Shown in pieces: positions 1 to 10,589 of a stretch of 64,000 nucleotides of DNA. The stretch lies in assembly GCA_963820525.1 (NCBI GenBank), contig CAWGAA010000003.1, positions 288,001-352,000 of the forward strand. The letters run 5' to 3'. The translations under genes were made by a program, and so were the position numbers. How positions within the stretch are numbered: the stretch's first letter is position 1; every line of letters starts with the position of its first letter. Source of the stretch: an uncultured Spirochaetota bacterium (lineage in GTDB: Bacteria; Spirochaetota; Spirochaetia; SZUA-6; Fen-1364). The notes under the pieces are model-generated. The model was not told the origin of the DNA. It made no database searches and saw nothing but the letters and a program-made list of their open reading frames with translations.

Positions 1-1898
1 ACCTCGCGGTCGTTCTCCTCCAGCTTCCCCTCGATGAGGTGACCGCCGAACTTCTTGATGGCTCCCTCGATCTCCGAGAACAGGTTCGCCGTGAGGTGGG
101 CGGTGACCTGGAACCGGCGGGTGGATTTGGGCGAAACGGTCTCCCACTCCACCTCGATGTGCCTCTCCGCGAAGTCCTTGATCGATGACACGTTGGGGCA
201 GTCGAGCTTGTGCACCGTGATCCCGCGGCCGCGGGAGACATAGCCCACGATTGCGTCCCCCGTGGATGGGTTGCAGCACTGGGCCGTCCTGATCATCATG
301 TTGCGCTCCGCCCCGATCCTGATGGCCACCTTGTTGGGGTCCCGGATGCGCGTCTCGGGCTCCCCCTCGACTTCCTTCTTTTTCTGCACAACAAGGGGCT
401 GGTGCGTTTCCCCCGCCTTCTTCTTGGCGACGATGTTCCTGTCGAAGATCAGCTCCGGCTCATTGGCCACGAGCCAGTGGCGGATCTTGGAGCGGGCGCG
501 CGCAGTCTTGACGTAGCGCAGCCAGTCCAGGTGCGGATGGGCCGTGTTGGCCGTGAGAATCTCCACAACCTGGGTGTTCTTCAGCGTCTCCTTCAGCGGG
601 ATGATGGCCCCGTCCGCCTTGGCCCCCATGCAGTGGTCTCCGATGTCGGTGTGGATGCGGTAGGCGAAATCGATGGCCGTGGAGCCGAAGGGAAGCTCGA
701 TGGCGTCACCCTTGGGAGTGAAGACGTAGATCGAGTCTCCCAGGATCTCCCTCTTGATCTCCTCCAGGAAGTCTCCCGAGGCGGAGGTGGCGCTCTGCCA
801 CTCCATCAGCCTGGATATCAGGGAGATGTCCTGGGGCTTCACCGAATCCTTGGGAACGCCGCTCTTGTAGAGCCAATGCGCCGCGATCCCGTTCTCCGCG
901 GTCCTGTGCATGTCCTGGGTGCGGATCTGGATCTCGATGATCTTGCCCTCGTAGCCCATGACCGTCGTGTGCAGGCTCTGGTAGCGGTTGCTCTTGGGCA
1001 TGGCGATGTAGTCCTTGAACCTGCCCTCGATCGGCATCCACAGCTTGTGCACCAGGCCCAGAAGCTCGTAGCACTCGCTCGCGGTCTCGCAGAGGATCCG
1101 CAGGCCCAGAAGGTCGTAGATCTCCTCCAGGGATTTCGCGCGGCGGCGCATCTTCTGATAGATGGAATAGAAGTGCTTGGCGCGCGATTCGATCTGCACA
1201 TGCAGCCCTGCGGCGCCCGCCTCTGCGGTGATCGCCTCGCTCACTCTTGTGAGGTAAGCGGCCCGTTCGTCCTTCTTCTGGGCCACGAAATGCCTGATCT
1301 GATCGAAGACCTGGGGCTGGAGGTGCTTCATGGCCAGGTCCTCCAGCTCGTCCTTGATCCGCGAGATCCCCAGCCTCCCGGCCAGCGGGGCGTAGATGTC
1401 GAGGGTCTCCATGGCGATTCGCTTCCTGTCCTCCTCGGGGAGAAAGCCGAGGGTGCGCATGTTGTGCAGCTTGTCGGCCAGCTTGATCAGGATCACGCGG
1501 ATGTCCTTCACCATGGCGAAGAGCATCTTCCTGATGGTCTCGGCATGCTGCATGGAGCGGGACTTTCCGCGCAGGATGGAGATCTTGGTCACGCCCTGCA
1601 CCAGGCTCTCCACCTCCTTGCCGAACTGCTTTCGAAGCTCCGCCCGGCCGATCCCCGTGTCCTCCAGCACGTCGTGCAGCAGTGCGGCGATGACGGCCTG
1701 GGAATCCATGCGGAGATCCACGAGGATGGAGGCGACGTTCAGGGGGTGGAAGAAAAACGGGTCTCCCGAAGCCCGCTTCTGGTCGCCGTGGAGCTTCTGC
1801 GCCCACAGGGCGGCGGCCAGGATCCGCTCCTTTTCCTCCGGCGGATAGACGGAGAGCTTTTCGCCGAAGAACTCGAGGAGCTCGGAGACCTCATCCAT
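1..1898 (-). CDS. spoT: Bifunctional (p)ppGpp synthetase/hydrolase RelA/SpoT; 3' end runs off the window start
   Basis: Manual translation from ATG at 1898: MDEVSELLEFF...HGDQKRASGDPFFFHPLNVASIL...AALLHDVLEDT (HD domain), IKLADKLHNMRTL, YQSLHTT, TGS-type DFAYRIHTDIG. Not in the ORF track because it has no stop inside the window. Confidence 0.93.
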   Translation of the reverse strand, partial: MDEVSELLEFFGEKLSVYPPEEKERILAAALWAQKLHGDQKRASGDPFFFHPLNVASILVDLRMDSQAVIAALLHDVLEDTGIGRAELRKQFGKEVESLVQGVTKISILRGKSRSMQHAETIRKMLFAMVKDIRVILIKLADKLHNMRTLGFLPEEDRKRIAMETLDIYAPLAGRLGISRIKDELEDLAMKHLQPQVFDQIRHFVAQKKDERAAYLTRVSEAITAEAGAAGLHVQIESRAKHFYSIYQKMRRRAKSLEEIYDLLGLRILCETASECYELLGLVHKLWMPIEGRFKDYIAMPKSNRYQSLHTTVMGYEGKIIEIQIRTQDMHRTAENGIAAHWLYKSGVPKDSVKPQDISLISRLMEWQSATSASGDFLEEIKREILGDSIYVFTPKGDAIELPFGSTAIDFAYRIHTDIGDHCMGAKADGAIIPLKETLKNTQVVEILTANTAHPHLDWLRYVKTARARSKIRHWLVANEPELIFDRNIVAKKKAGETHQPLVVQKKKEVEGEPETRIRDPNKVAIRIGAERNMMIRTAQCCNPSTGDAIVGYVSRGRGITVHKLDCPNVSSIKDFAERHIEVEWETVSPKSTRRFQVTAHLTANLFSEIEGAIKKFGGHLIEGKLEENDRE

Positions 1899-2776
1899 GG
1901 GCCTGGCTCCCTTCCCGGCTGCCGGCGGCTTCCACCGCCTCCAGCATCCCGGATATCACCCTCTGCCGCCCGCCGAGGTCCTTGTCGACCTCGAGGTTTC
2001 GAAAACCGGCCTGGTCCATGAGGGCGAACAGCTTGATGAACTGGTCGGGGGCCGCTTCCAGGATGAGCCACCCCCGGGGTTTCAGCTTCGTCGCGGCGCC
2101 GCGGATGAGACGGGCCGCCACCTGGGTGCCGTCCTTGCCGCCCCGCAGGCTCACCGGGGGCTCCGGCCAGCCGATCCTCACCATGTCGTCCACCTCTCCG
2201 TCGCGGAGGTAGGGGGGGTTGGCGGTGATCACGTCGAAGCCGGAAGGAACGCCGTCCAGGAGGTCCGAGGTGTAAAAGGGGATCTCGCTTCCGAGGAGCC
2301 GCTCGGCGTTGAGCCGGAACACCTCACCGGCCGCGGGAGAGATGTCGGAGGCGCTCACGCGAAGCTCCGGCGCCATGCGCTTGAGGGTGATCCCGATGCA
2401 GCCGGATCCCGTGCACGTGTCGTGCAGGTCGCGGATCCACGGCTCGGCGCGGCGAAGCTCGAGCACCCTTTCGATGAGCGTCTCCGTATCCGGCCGGGGA
2501 ACGAGGCACCCGCTCGTCGACGTAGAACTCCAGCCCGTAGAACTCCTTGGCGCGCCTGATGTAAGAGACCGGTTTTCCCCCCGCCCGCTGGTCGAGAAAC
2601 TCCCGGAAGCGCCTCTCCGCCTCGCCGTCCACCTCCTCGGGGAGGGAGGCGAGGACCTTCTCCTTTCGGAGGCCCATGGCAAAGGCCAGGAGCACCGCCG
2701 CGTCCAGAAAGGGGGTGTCGGCTTCAGCGTAGAAGAGGGTCCGATAACCGCTCGTCAGGAGCTGTCGTACCGTCAT
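1891..2776 (-). pseudogene. prmC: Release factor glutamine methyltransferase PrmC/HemK, split by a +1 frameshift at ~2505 (possible sequencing error)
   Basis: N-half in ORF 2324..2776 (...PVSYIRRAKEFYGLEFYVDERV), C-half in ORF 1891..2682 (LVPRPDTETLIE...DTCTGSGCI...NPPY). It lies directly downstream of prfA, with one extra C in GTG-C-CTC-GTT. Confidence 0.9.
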
Positions 2777-3843
2777 GCGCTCTCCGACGTGAGGAACACC
2801 TCCTGGGCGTTGAGCTTCAGCGCATCCACCAGCTCCCCGATGTCCCCCTTCATCACGGCGTCCAGCCTGTAGAGGGTCAGGTTGATCCGGTGCTCAGTGA
2901 CGCGGTTCTGCGGGAAGTTGTAGGTGCGGATCTTCTCCGAGCGGTCTCCCGAGCCGATCTGGCTCTTCCTCGCCTGCGCCCGTTCCTTGTGCTTGCGCTC
3001 TTCCTCCGCCTCATAGAGGCGCGCGCGAAGGATCCGCAGAGCCTTGGCCTTGTTCTTGTGCTGGCTCTTCTCGTCCTGGCAGTGCACAACGATTCCCGAT
3101 GGAATATGGGTGACGCGCACGGCCGAGTCCGTGGTGTTGACGCTCTGCCCGCCCGGCCCTCCGGAGCGCATCACGTCGATGCGAAGGTCGTTGGGATCGA
3201 TCTCGATCTCGGTTTCCTCCACTTCGGGCAGCACCGCCACCGTCACCGCCGAGGTATGGATCCGACCGCCCGCCTCGGTGGCCGGCACCCTCTGCACGCG
3301 GTGCACCCCGCTCTCGTAGCGCAGGTCCGCGTACACGTTCTTTCCCGTGATGGAGAGAATGATCTCCTTGAAGCCCCCGACCTCCGTGGGGCTGGAGGAC
3401 ATGATCTCAATCTTCCATTTGCGGCTTTCGGCGAAGTAGGAGTACATGCGGTAGAGGTCCGCCGCGAAGAGGCTCGCCTCGTCTCCTCCCGTGCCCGCCC
3501 GGATCTCCATGATCGTGTTCTTCACGTCCATGGGGTCCTTGGGGACGAGGAGGACCTTGAGGCCGGCGAGGAGGGCATCCTTTTTCGCCTCCAGCTCCTT
3601 GAGCTCTTCGCGCGCCAGCTCCCGAAGCTCCCTGTCCTCCGTCCCCTCGGCGAGGGCCTTGTTCGACTCTATCTCGCGCTCGACCTTTCGAAACTTCTCG
3701 AACTCCGCGGCCAGGTCCGCCAGCGCCGCATGCTCCTGGCGAAGCTCCCGGTAGCGCTTCTGATCCCGCGGCGCTTCGGGGTCCGCGATGAGTGCCGTCA
3801 GCTCCTCGTACCTGCGTACGCTCTTTTCGAGTTTTTCTATCAC
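2773..3843 (-). CDS. prfA: Peptide chain release factor 1
   Basis: GGQ motif ([16 protein letters not shown]), PxT motif (VQRVPATE), [11 protein letters not shown]; likely GTG start at 3843. Confidence 0.97.
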   Translation of the reverse strand: MIEKLEKSVRRYEELTALIADPEAPRDQKRYRELRQEHAALADLAAEFEKFRKVEREIESNKALAEGTEDRELRELAREELKELEAKKDALLAGLKVLLVPKDPMDVKNTIMEIRAGTGGDEASLFAADLYRMYSYFAESRKWKIEIMSSSPTEVGGFKEIILSITGKNVYADLRYESGVHRVQRVPATEAGGRIHTSAVTVAVLPEVEETEIEIDPNDLRIDVMRSGGPGGQSVNTTDSAVRVTHIPSGIVVHCQDEKSQHKNKAKALRILRARLYEAEEERKHKERAQARKSQIGSGDRSEKIRTYNFPQNRVTEHRINLTLYRLDAVMKGDIGELVDALKLNAQEVFLTSESA

Positions 3844-3856
3844 CGAAGCGGCACCT

Positions 3857-4030
3857 TTAGAACCTCTCCTTGAACAGGGGGCACGTATAGATGACGATTT
3901 CCATTCCCTGGGAGGAAGGGTCTCTGATTTCAGCAACCGAATCCGTTATCCTGCCGCGCACGGGGCAGGCGTCGATCTTGGTGCACAGCGGGCACGCGCC
4001 GTTGTCGCGTGGATTGAGATGAATCTCCAT
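3857..4030 (-). CDS. Small Cys-rich hypothetical protein (57 aa, CxxC-x5-C...C)
   Basis: [28 protein letters not shown]...[10 protein letters not shown], co-oriented with and 13 bp upstream of prfA. Confidence 0.6.
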   Translation of the reverse strand: MEIHLNPRDNGACPLCTKIDACPVRGRITDSVAEIRDPSSQGMEIVIYTCPLFKERF

Positions 4031-4103
4031 ACGCTCATGGTACCAAAAAAGGCAATGGGGATCAACTTGATAGCCTTCCGCAAATCGCGATATCATCGCT
4101 TCC

Positions 4104-5228
4104 GTGGGAATCGTGGACAAGTCAATCGTGCGGCCCGTCCTCGACGCGATAAACGACCTTCGCTCCTGCCGCCAGGAGCTGGACGTCTACTATCAGATCG
4201 TGGACCTCTTCTGCTGTCAGTGGCTGGACAGGCCCCGCGCCGGGATGAGCCTCGAAGAGGAGGAGACGATCTACCTCGCGCACGAGCTTCTTCGGGAGTA
4301 CCTGCGCTTCGAGGGCAACAACAGGCGCGTGGCCCTGTGGCTGCTCACGATAAACCGCTGCTGCCGCAACGCCACGGTGGACCTCGATCCGATTCGAAGC
4401 GAGTTCTCGGGAAGCCTCCGCGTGGCTGACCTCGACTTCGACAGAACCCTTTTGGCCCCCATCCTGGAAAAGGTCCGGCTCTTCGAATCCACGCATGAGT
4501 TCGCCACTTCCCAGACGCTCGGAAGCCAGGATACGATGGGCTCCTTCTACCAATGGATCGGGATCTATTGCACCTACGTGTATCCGCGCCTGCGGGAGGA
4601 CGCGCAGGCCTGCGACCGGTCAATGGTGAGCACACTGGCCTTTCTCATATCCGAGTTCATCTCGCTGAAGGAGAACGTGAGCAGGGTGGCGGCGCTTCTC
4701 CTTGCCATCAAGGAGGCCTGCGTCTACGGCCGGCCGCAGCCTCCCACCCAGGCCGCGGAAATCGACGGCGCCGTGGCGGCGGGAACCGAAACGGAGCTGG
4801 TGGAGCAGATCCTCGAGAGGCTCGGAGCGGAATCCGCCGGCGGCCGAAGCGAGGAGCCGGCGCCCGCCGGCTCTGTCGAGGAGGCGATCCGCGCGGCGGC
4901 GGCGCGCATCGAGTCCGCCGAGCCGTCCGCCCTCCCCGACGCCATCGCCGCGGCAGAACGCTGGAGCCGGGATGCCGCCGCCCGCGATCCGCAAGGCACG
5001 CGGCTGGAGCTTGAGGCCCTGCTTTCGCGCGAAGCGCGCCGCTCGCGTGAGGCCGCGCTCAGGATGGCGGCCGAGCTTCGCTCCCGGCCCGCCGCGGCGG
5101 GCGTCCAGCTGCAGGAGAGGCTTCGCCGCTCGCAGCCGGGCGGCCGCGGGCTTCTGGCGAGGCTCATCGCTCTTGCAATGTTCGAGGCAGCCGCCAATCC
5201 CGAGGCGCCGCGGCAGCCCTCACTCTGA
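4104..5228 (+). CDS. Hypothetical protein with an internal tandem helical repeat and Ala-rich C-terminus
   Basis: 374-aa ORF with GC3-rich codon pattern filling the gap between divergent/convergent genes; no recognised family. Confidence 0.65.
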   Translation: MGIVDKSIVRPVLDAINDLRSCRQELDVYYQIVDLFCCQWLDRPRAGMSLEEEETIYLAHELLREYLRFEGNNRRVALWLLTINRCCRNATVDLDPIRSEFSGSLRVADLDFDRTLLAPILEKVRLFESTHEFATSQTLGSQDTMGSFYQWIGIYCTYVYPRLREDAQACDRSMVSTLAFLISEFISLKENVSRVAALLLAIKEACVYGRPQPPTQAAEIDGAVAAGTETELVEQILERLGAESAGGRSEEPAPAGSVEEAIRAAAARIESAEPSALPDAIAAAERWSRDAAARDPQGTRLELEALLSREARRSREAALRMAAELRSRPAAAGVQLQERLRRSQPGGRGLLARLIALAMFEAAANPEAPRQPSL

Positions 5229-6557
5229 GACAAGCAGCCGCTTGATCTCCTCGCTTTTTTCCAGCGCGATCCGCTCGGAACGGGCTTCCAGGCGAAGCCG
5301 CAGGAGCGGCTCCGTGTTGCTGGGCCGCACGTTGAACCAGTAGTCCTCCGTCTCGACCGAAACCCCGTCGAGGGTGGATATCTTTGCCGCCGCGTACCCC
5401 TTGCTGACCGCGTCGAGGGCTTTCCCCTTGTCCGCCACCTCGACGTTGATCTCGGGTGACTGGAAGTACCTGCCGCGAAGCGGGTCCACGAGCTGGGAGA
5501 GCTTCTTTCCCCGCCTGGCCAGGAGGCGGAGCAGGAGGACCAGGGCGTAGGCGGCGCTCTCCGTGTAGTAGCTGTCCGTCACCTTGAAGTAAACGTGACC
5601 CGAGGTTTCCCCGCCGAAGAGGGCCCCACTTGCCACCATTTTATCGTAGAGAAACGTGTAGCCGACCTTGGAGATCACCGGCCGGCCTCCAGCCTCGGCG
5701 ATCCGCTCGGGAAGCACGCGGGAGGAGATGAGATCGTAGACGATGGCGCTGCCCGGCTTCCTGCTCAACACCTCCTCCGCGATCAGGCAGCTCAGAAAGT
5801 AGTTCTCGATGCTCTGTCCCTTCTCGTCGACGAAAAGGATCCTGTCCCCGTCCCCGTCGAGGATGACTGCAAAGTCCGCTTTTGCCGAAACCACGGCGGA
5901 TGCGGCCTGCTTCTTCGATTCCGCCTTGAGGGGATTGGGATCGTGGTTGGGGAAGTTTCCGTCGGGGTCCGCGTTCAGGACCGTGGCGCTTATCCCCAGC
6001 CGATCCGTGAGGCGGCTGAAAACCCGGCCCGCCGAGCCGTTCGACGCGTCGATCACGACGCGGCCTGAGAGCTTCTCACCTCCTGCGGCGGAGGCGACGA
6101 ACTCCACGTACTCCTCGAGGCTGTCTGATTCTGAAAATGGCTTTGCAGGGAGCGTCGGGGGCGCTGGAATCTTGGCCACCATGACCTCCACGTCCTTCAA
6201 CCCCTTGTCGTAGCTGAGAGAGCCTCCCTTGGAGTCGAAGACCTTGAAACCGTGGTATTCCTTGGGGTTATGGGAGGCCGTCACCATGATCCCCGCCTCC
6301 ACCTTCCTGTTGATCTGGGTGTAATGGAGCTGGGGCGTACTCACAAGCCCGATCCCGCTCGCCTTCCTGCCCTCTTCGATTATTCCGGCAGCGACGGCCC
6401 GATACAGTGCCGGCGAGTGAATCCGGGCATCGTGGCCCAAGAGGAAGGCTCCCCCCTTCATGTAGCGTGCAAGAGCCCTGCCCAGCCTGTACCCCAGGGA
6501 CTCATCCAGCTCTTTTCCGTAGATTCCGCGAATATCATAAGTCTTGAATACGCTCAT
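5220..6557 (-). CDS. Phosphomannomutase/phosphoglucomutase
   Basis: MSVFKTYDIRGIYG start, catalytic VTASHNP, metal loop DGDGDR, GETSGH, RPSNTEP. Confidence 0.93.
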   Translation of the reverse strand: MSVFKTYDIRGIYGKELDESLGYRLGRALARYMKGGAFLLGHDARIHSPALYRAVAAGIIEEGRKASGIGLVSTPQLHYTQINRKVEAGIMVTASHNPKEYHGFKVFDSKGGSLSYDKGLKDVEVMVAKIPAPPTLPAKPFSESDSLEEYVEFVASAAGGEKLSGRVVIDASNGSAGRVFSRLTDRLGISATVLNADPDGNFPNHDPNPLKAESKKQAASAVVSAKADFAVILDGDGDRILFVDEKGQSIENYFLSCLIAEEVLSRKPGSAIVYDLISSRVLPERIAEAGGRPVISKVGYTFLYDKMVASGALFGGETSGHVYFKVTDSYYTESAAYALVLLLRLLARRGKKLSQLVDPLRGRYFQSPEINVEVADKGKALDAVSKGYAAAKISTLDGVSVETEDYWFNVRPSNTEPLLRLRLEARSERIALEKSEEIKRLLVSE

Positions 6558-6723
6558 AGTGATATATGTATCAAGTCCGGTTGGCTTAGGGAAGCGGCTT
6601 TTCCTCCTTTTCTCCCGGCGGCACATTTTCCTTGACAATGGAGGACGTCTCCGGGTACCTTTTGGACTTGCCCGGAGTTGATTTTCGACCACCAATGCAA
6701 ACAGATAGGGGTTGTAAGTAGGA

Positions 6724-8613
6724 ATGGGGCCAACTCTTATTGGTCTGCTGCAGGAATCCGTCGTCAAGTACGCCTCCCTTGCGGCGCTCAAGACACGCAA
6801 CCCCGACGGAAGCTTCCTGACCTTGACCTTCGCGGAGCTCTATCAGGCTGTCAGGGAGCTGGGCACCGGGCTCATCTCCATCGGATTGCAGCCGAAGAAG
6901 CACGTGGCCATCGTGGCGGAGAACAACCATCGGTGGCTGGTCTCGGATCTGGCGATCCTTGGCTGCGGCGGGGTGGATGTGCCCCTTTCCGCCCATATCT
7001 CGGATCGCGAGCTTTCCTACATCCTGTCCCATTCCGACTGCGAGCTGGCGCTGGTTGAGAGCCAGGCCGTGCTCTCACGCCTGCTTGCCGTCCGCAGGCA
7101 CCTCCCCCGCTTGAGGAAGATCGTCTGCTTCGACCTGTCGGGCCCCAAGCCGAGGGTGGAAACCGAATGGGGCAGAATCCTCATCTACTCGTGGGACGAG
7201 GTCGTCAAGAAGGGCAAGACCAAGATCGGAAGGGGCGAACGGCAGTTCGACCTGCGGGCCGCGGGGGTCGTGCCCGGGGACATCGCCACTCTCCTCTACA
7301 CCTCCGGAACAACGGGAAAGCCCAAGGGAGTGATGCTCTCTCACGGCAACATCATGCACAACGTGATGACCGTCAACTCGAACATCAATCCCGCCCCGGG
7401 GATGATCTGGCTGTCGGTGCTCCCCGTCTGGCATTCTTTCGAGCGGACGGTGGAGTACTGCAGCCTCTACTTCGGAAGCACCATCGCCTACTCCCAGCCT
7501 TCGGAGTGGAAAATCTTCGATGACCTTCGAAGCCTCAAGCCCGAGTACCTGGTCGTGGTGCCCGCAATCCTGGAGAGCATCCAGAAGAGCATCGACAAGC
7601 GCATCGGGTTCGCGCAGCAGATCCTCATCCGCTTCGAGAGGTTCTACCTCGTGTTTTCCGGGTTCGTGATGGGACGGTTCCCCCGCTTCCGCCGGGAGGA
7701 GAGGTTCCTGGAGATTTTCGCCGCGATCCTCCCCCTCATCATCCTCTCGCCCATCAAGCTCATCTCCTACCTGTTCCTGCGGCGCGGGGTCAAATACCTC
7801 ATGGGGGGGAACCTCCGAGCCATCGTCTGCGGAGGCGGCGCGCTGCCGGCGTATGTGGACAGGTTCTTCGCCGCCTTGGGGGTTTCGATCCTCGAAGGCT
7901 ACGGCCTCACGGAGGCGGCTCCCATCGTGAGCGTGCGGGTTGAGAAATCTCCCGTTCTGGGAACCGTGGGAAAGCCCCTCCCCTACACCGAGATCAAGAT
8001 CGCGGGCGAAAACGGAGAAGAGCTCGCGCCGGGGAAAAAGGGCGCCGTGCTCATCAAGGGCCCGCAGGTCATGCAGGGGTACTACAAGGATCCGGAGGCC
8101 ACCAGCGAGGCCGTTTCCCCGGACGGGTGGCTGGCCACGGGGGACGCGGGAATGCTCACCCTGGACGGAAACCTCGTCGTCACGGGGCGCATGAAGCATG
8201 CAATCACGCTGCGCTCCGGTGAGAAGGTGGAGCCGGAGCCCATAGAGCTGGTCCTGCAGGAATCTCCCTACATCCAGGAAGCCGTCGTGGTGGGCGACAA
8301 GCGCGAATCCCTGGGGCTGCTCATCGCGCCCCAGATGGACACCCTCCGCCGTTTCGCGCAGGCCAAGCGGATCCCGTACTCCGACGACAGGGAGCTGGTG
8401 CGCAACCCGGCCGTCTTCCGCCTCTACCAGGAAGAGGTGCAGGCGAGGCTGGTGAACAATGGAATCGGCTTCCCCGGCGGTAGGGCGGCGAAGCTGGCCA
8501 TTCTTCCGGCGGGCTTCGAGGTGGGCAAGGAGCTCACGCGGACCCTCACCAAGAAGCGCGAGGTGATCTCGGAGATCTACGGCGGCGTCATCGAGAGGCT
8601 TTACCGCTCCTGA
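6724..8613 (+). CDS. Long-chain fatty acid-CoA ligase (AMP-binding)
   Basis: YTSGTTGKPKG AMP-binding motif, GYGLTE, GWLATGD. Confidence 0.92.
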   Translation: MGPTLIGLLQESVVKYASLAALKTRNPDGSFLTLTFAELYQAVRELGTGLISIGLQPKKHVAIVAENNHRWLVSDLAILGCGGVDVPLSAHISDRELSYILSHSDCELALVESQAVLSRLLAVRRHLPRLRKIVCFDLSGPKPRVETEWGRILIYSWDEVVKKGKTKIGRGERQFDLRAAGVVPGDIATLLYTSGTTGKPKGVMLSHGNIMHNVMTVNSNINPAPGMIWLSVLPVWHSFERTVEYCSLYFGSTIAYSQPSEWKIFDDLRSLKPEYLVVVPAILESIQKSIDKRIGFAQQILIRFERFYLVFSGFVMGRFPRFRREERFLEIFAAILPLIILSPIKLISYLFLRRGVKYLMGGNLRAIVCGGGALPAYVDRFFAALGVSILEGYGLTEAAPIVSVRVEKSPVLGTVGKPLPYTEIKIAGENGEELAPGKKGAVLIKGPQVMQGYYKDPEATSEAVSPDGWLATGDAGMLTLDGNLVVTGRMKHAITLRSGEKVEPEPIELVLQESPYIQEAVVVGDKRESLGLLIAPQMDTLRRFAQAKRIPYSDDRELVRNPAVFRLYQEEVQARLVNNGIGFPGGRAAKLAILPAGFEVGKELTRTLTKKREVISEIYGGVIERLYRS

Positions 8614-10588
8614 AGCCTTCTCTCCTTTCCTTGGCCTGGGAAATCTCCACGCACAACTTCTCCCAACTCCTCATGAGCCCTTCATGCTCCGATCGGGCCG
8701 CGTGGTGCGCCTTGGTGAGGTCCCGCATGCGAAGCCCATCGGAATAGGATTCGGGGCGCGCCATCTCCTCTTCCAGCGCGCGGCTCCTGGCCTCCAGCGC
8801 CTCCAGGGATGCGAGCACTTCCCCTTCCCGCTTCTCCAGCGAGCGCAGGGCCGCCTTCAGCCGTTTGTCCTCCTGGCGCTCCAGAAGGGACGCGCTCGGG
8901 GATTCCTCCACTGCGGCGGCCCGTTCCCGCGGGCCGCCCGCCTCCCCGCCGGCTGCGGCCTGATCGGAGGCGGCCCGTTCCTGGGAGAGGCGCCGCTGGT
9001 AGTACTCGTAGCCTCCGGGGAAGAAGCGGGACCTCCCGTCCCTGATCTCGAGAACCGCGGTGGCAAGCTTGTCCAGGAAGTGACGGTCGTGAGAGACGAA
9101 GACCACGGCGGCCGGAAAGCTCGACAGGGCCTCCAGGAGCATGTCCTTGGAGGCAAGGTCGAGGTGGTTCGTCGGCTCGTCGAGGAAGAGGAGGTTGGAC
9201 GGCTTGAGGAGCAGAAGCAGGAGGGCAAGCCTGCTCTTTTCCCCGCCGCTCAAGACCGAGACGGGCTTGAACACGTCGTCACCGCGGAAGAGGAACGCGC
9301 CCAGCATGGTGCGAAGCTCCGGGATGAGCGAGGTGGGCGCAACCGCCTCCACCTCCTCGATCACCTGCCGCTCGCTCACCCATGCATCCGCGCTCTCCTG
9401 GGAAAAGGAGGCGGCGACGACCCCGGTCCCCAGGGAAAGCTCCCCGCCGTCCGGGTTTTCCCGCCCGCAGAGGATGCGAAGCAGCGTGGATTTCCCGGCC
9501 CCGTTGTGCCCGACCACGGCAAGCTTCTCTCCCCTCTCCAGCTGCACCTCGACGCCGCCGAACACGCGTTTGCCTCCATAGGACTTCAGTATGTCGTGGG
9601 CCGTGAGGAGCATCCGCCCCGACGGCGGCGGGGGCGGGAAGGAGAAGCGGAGAGTCTTGGCCACGGGCGGCATTTCGATGGGCGTGAGCTTTGCGAGATA
9701 CGTGATCCTGCTCTGCACCAGGCGCGCCTTGGAGGCGTTGTAGCGAAAGCGCCTGATGAACGCCTCCACCCGGGCTATCTCCTCCTGCTGAACGCGGTAG
9801 CGCTCCAGGATCGAGGAAAGCTCCGCCTGGCGCGCGAGCTCGTAGCGGGAGTAGTTGCCCGTGTACAACGACACGCGCGCGCTGTAGATCTCGGCCACGG
9901 AGCGAACCGTGACGTCGAGGAAGTACCGGTCGTGGGAAACGACCAACACCCCGCCGGGGAATCCGCCGAGGAACTCCTCCAGCCAGGTGCGCGCCTCCAG
10001 GTCGAGGTAGTTGGTGGGCTCGTCGAGAAGGAGAATATCGGGGCTCTCCAGAATGGCCTTGGCCAGCGCGATCCTCATCTGCCAGCCCGCCGAGAAATCG
10101 GATGCCGCCTTCCCGAGGTCCTCCCTGCCGAAACCCAGACCGCCGAGCACGCGCGAGATCGCCTCCGCGCGGCCCCAGTAGCCGCTCGCCTGGATGCGCT
10201 CATGAAGGTCATGGTGGCGCCGGAGAAGCTGTTCCGCGTCCGGCGACCCTTGCGTGAGCGCGCCGAGCCGTTCCTCGAGCTCTCTCATCTCGTCGAGGAT
10301 GAGCTTTCCATGAGCGAAGGCCTTTTCAATCTCTTCCGCCAGCGGAACCCCCGCGTGCACCACCCCGGACTGGGGCACGTAGGACACCCGCGTGTCCCTC
10401 TCCCGGACCACGGCTCCCGAATCCGGCCGCATCAGGTCGGCCATGATCCGCATCAGGGTGGTCTTGCCGCTGCCGTTGGGCCCCACGAGGGCGACGCGCG
10501 CCCCCGTTGAGAGCGTGAGGTTGACGGCGTCGAGAAGCGTCCGCGCCCCGAAGGAGACCGAGACGCCTGAAAGGGTTATCTGGGGCAT
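8588..10588 (-). CDS. ABC-F family ATP-binding protein
   Basis: Two ABC domains (GPNGSGKT, GHNGAGKS; SAGWQMR, LSGGEK; DEPTN), no TM segments, C-terminal coiled coil. Confidence 0.93.
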   Translation of the reverse strand: MPQITLSGVSVSFGARTLLDAVNLTLSTGARVALVGPNGSGKTTLMRIMADLMRPDSGAVVRERDTRVSYVPQSGVVHAGVPLAEEIEKAFAHGKLILDEMRELEERLGALTQGSPDAEQLLRRHHDLHERIQASGYWGRAEAISRVLGGLGFGREDLGKAASDFSAGWQMRIALAKAILESPDILLLDEPTNYLDLEARTWLEEFLGGFPGGVLVVSHDRYFLDVTVRSVAEIYSARVSLYTGNYSRYELARQAELSSILERYRVQQEEIARVEAFIRRFRYNASKARLVQSRITYLAKLTPIEMPPVAKTLRFSFPPPPPSGRMLLTAHDILKSYGGKRVFGGVEVQLERGEKLAVVGHNGAGKSTLLRILCGRENPDGGELSLGTGVVAASFSQESADAWVSERQVIEEVEAVAPTSLIPELRTMLGAFLFRGDDVFKPVSVLSGGEKSRLALLLLLLKPSNLLFLDEPTNHLDLASKDMLLEALSSFPAAVVFVSHDRHFLDKLATAVLEIRDGRSRFFPGGYEYYQRRLSQERAASDQAAAGGEAGGPRERAAAVEESPSASLLERQEDKRLKAALRSLEKREGEVLASLEALEARSRALEEEMARPESYSDGLRMRDLTKAHHAARSEHEGLMRSWEKLCVEISQAKERREGFRSGKASR

Positions 10589-10589
10589 C

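Noticed and set aside
210..2021. 603-aa plus-strand ORF, and similar long antisense ORFs (8684..10510, 18087..20744, 23465..25414, 25815..27389, 49075..50826)
   Set aside because: Shadow ORFs opposite well-supported genes, expected in high-GC DNA; no recognisable motifs.
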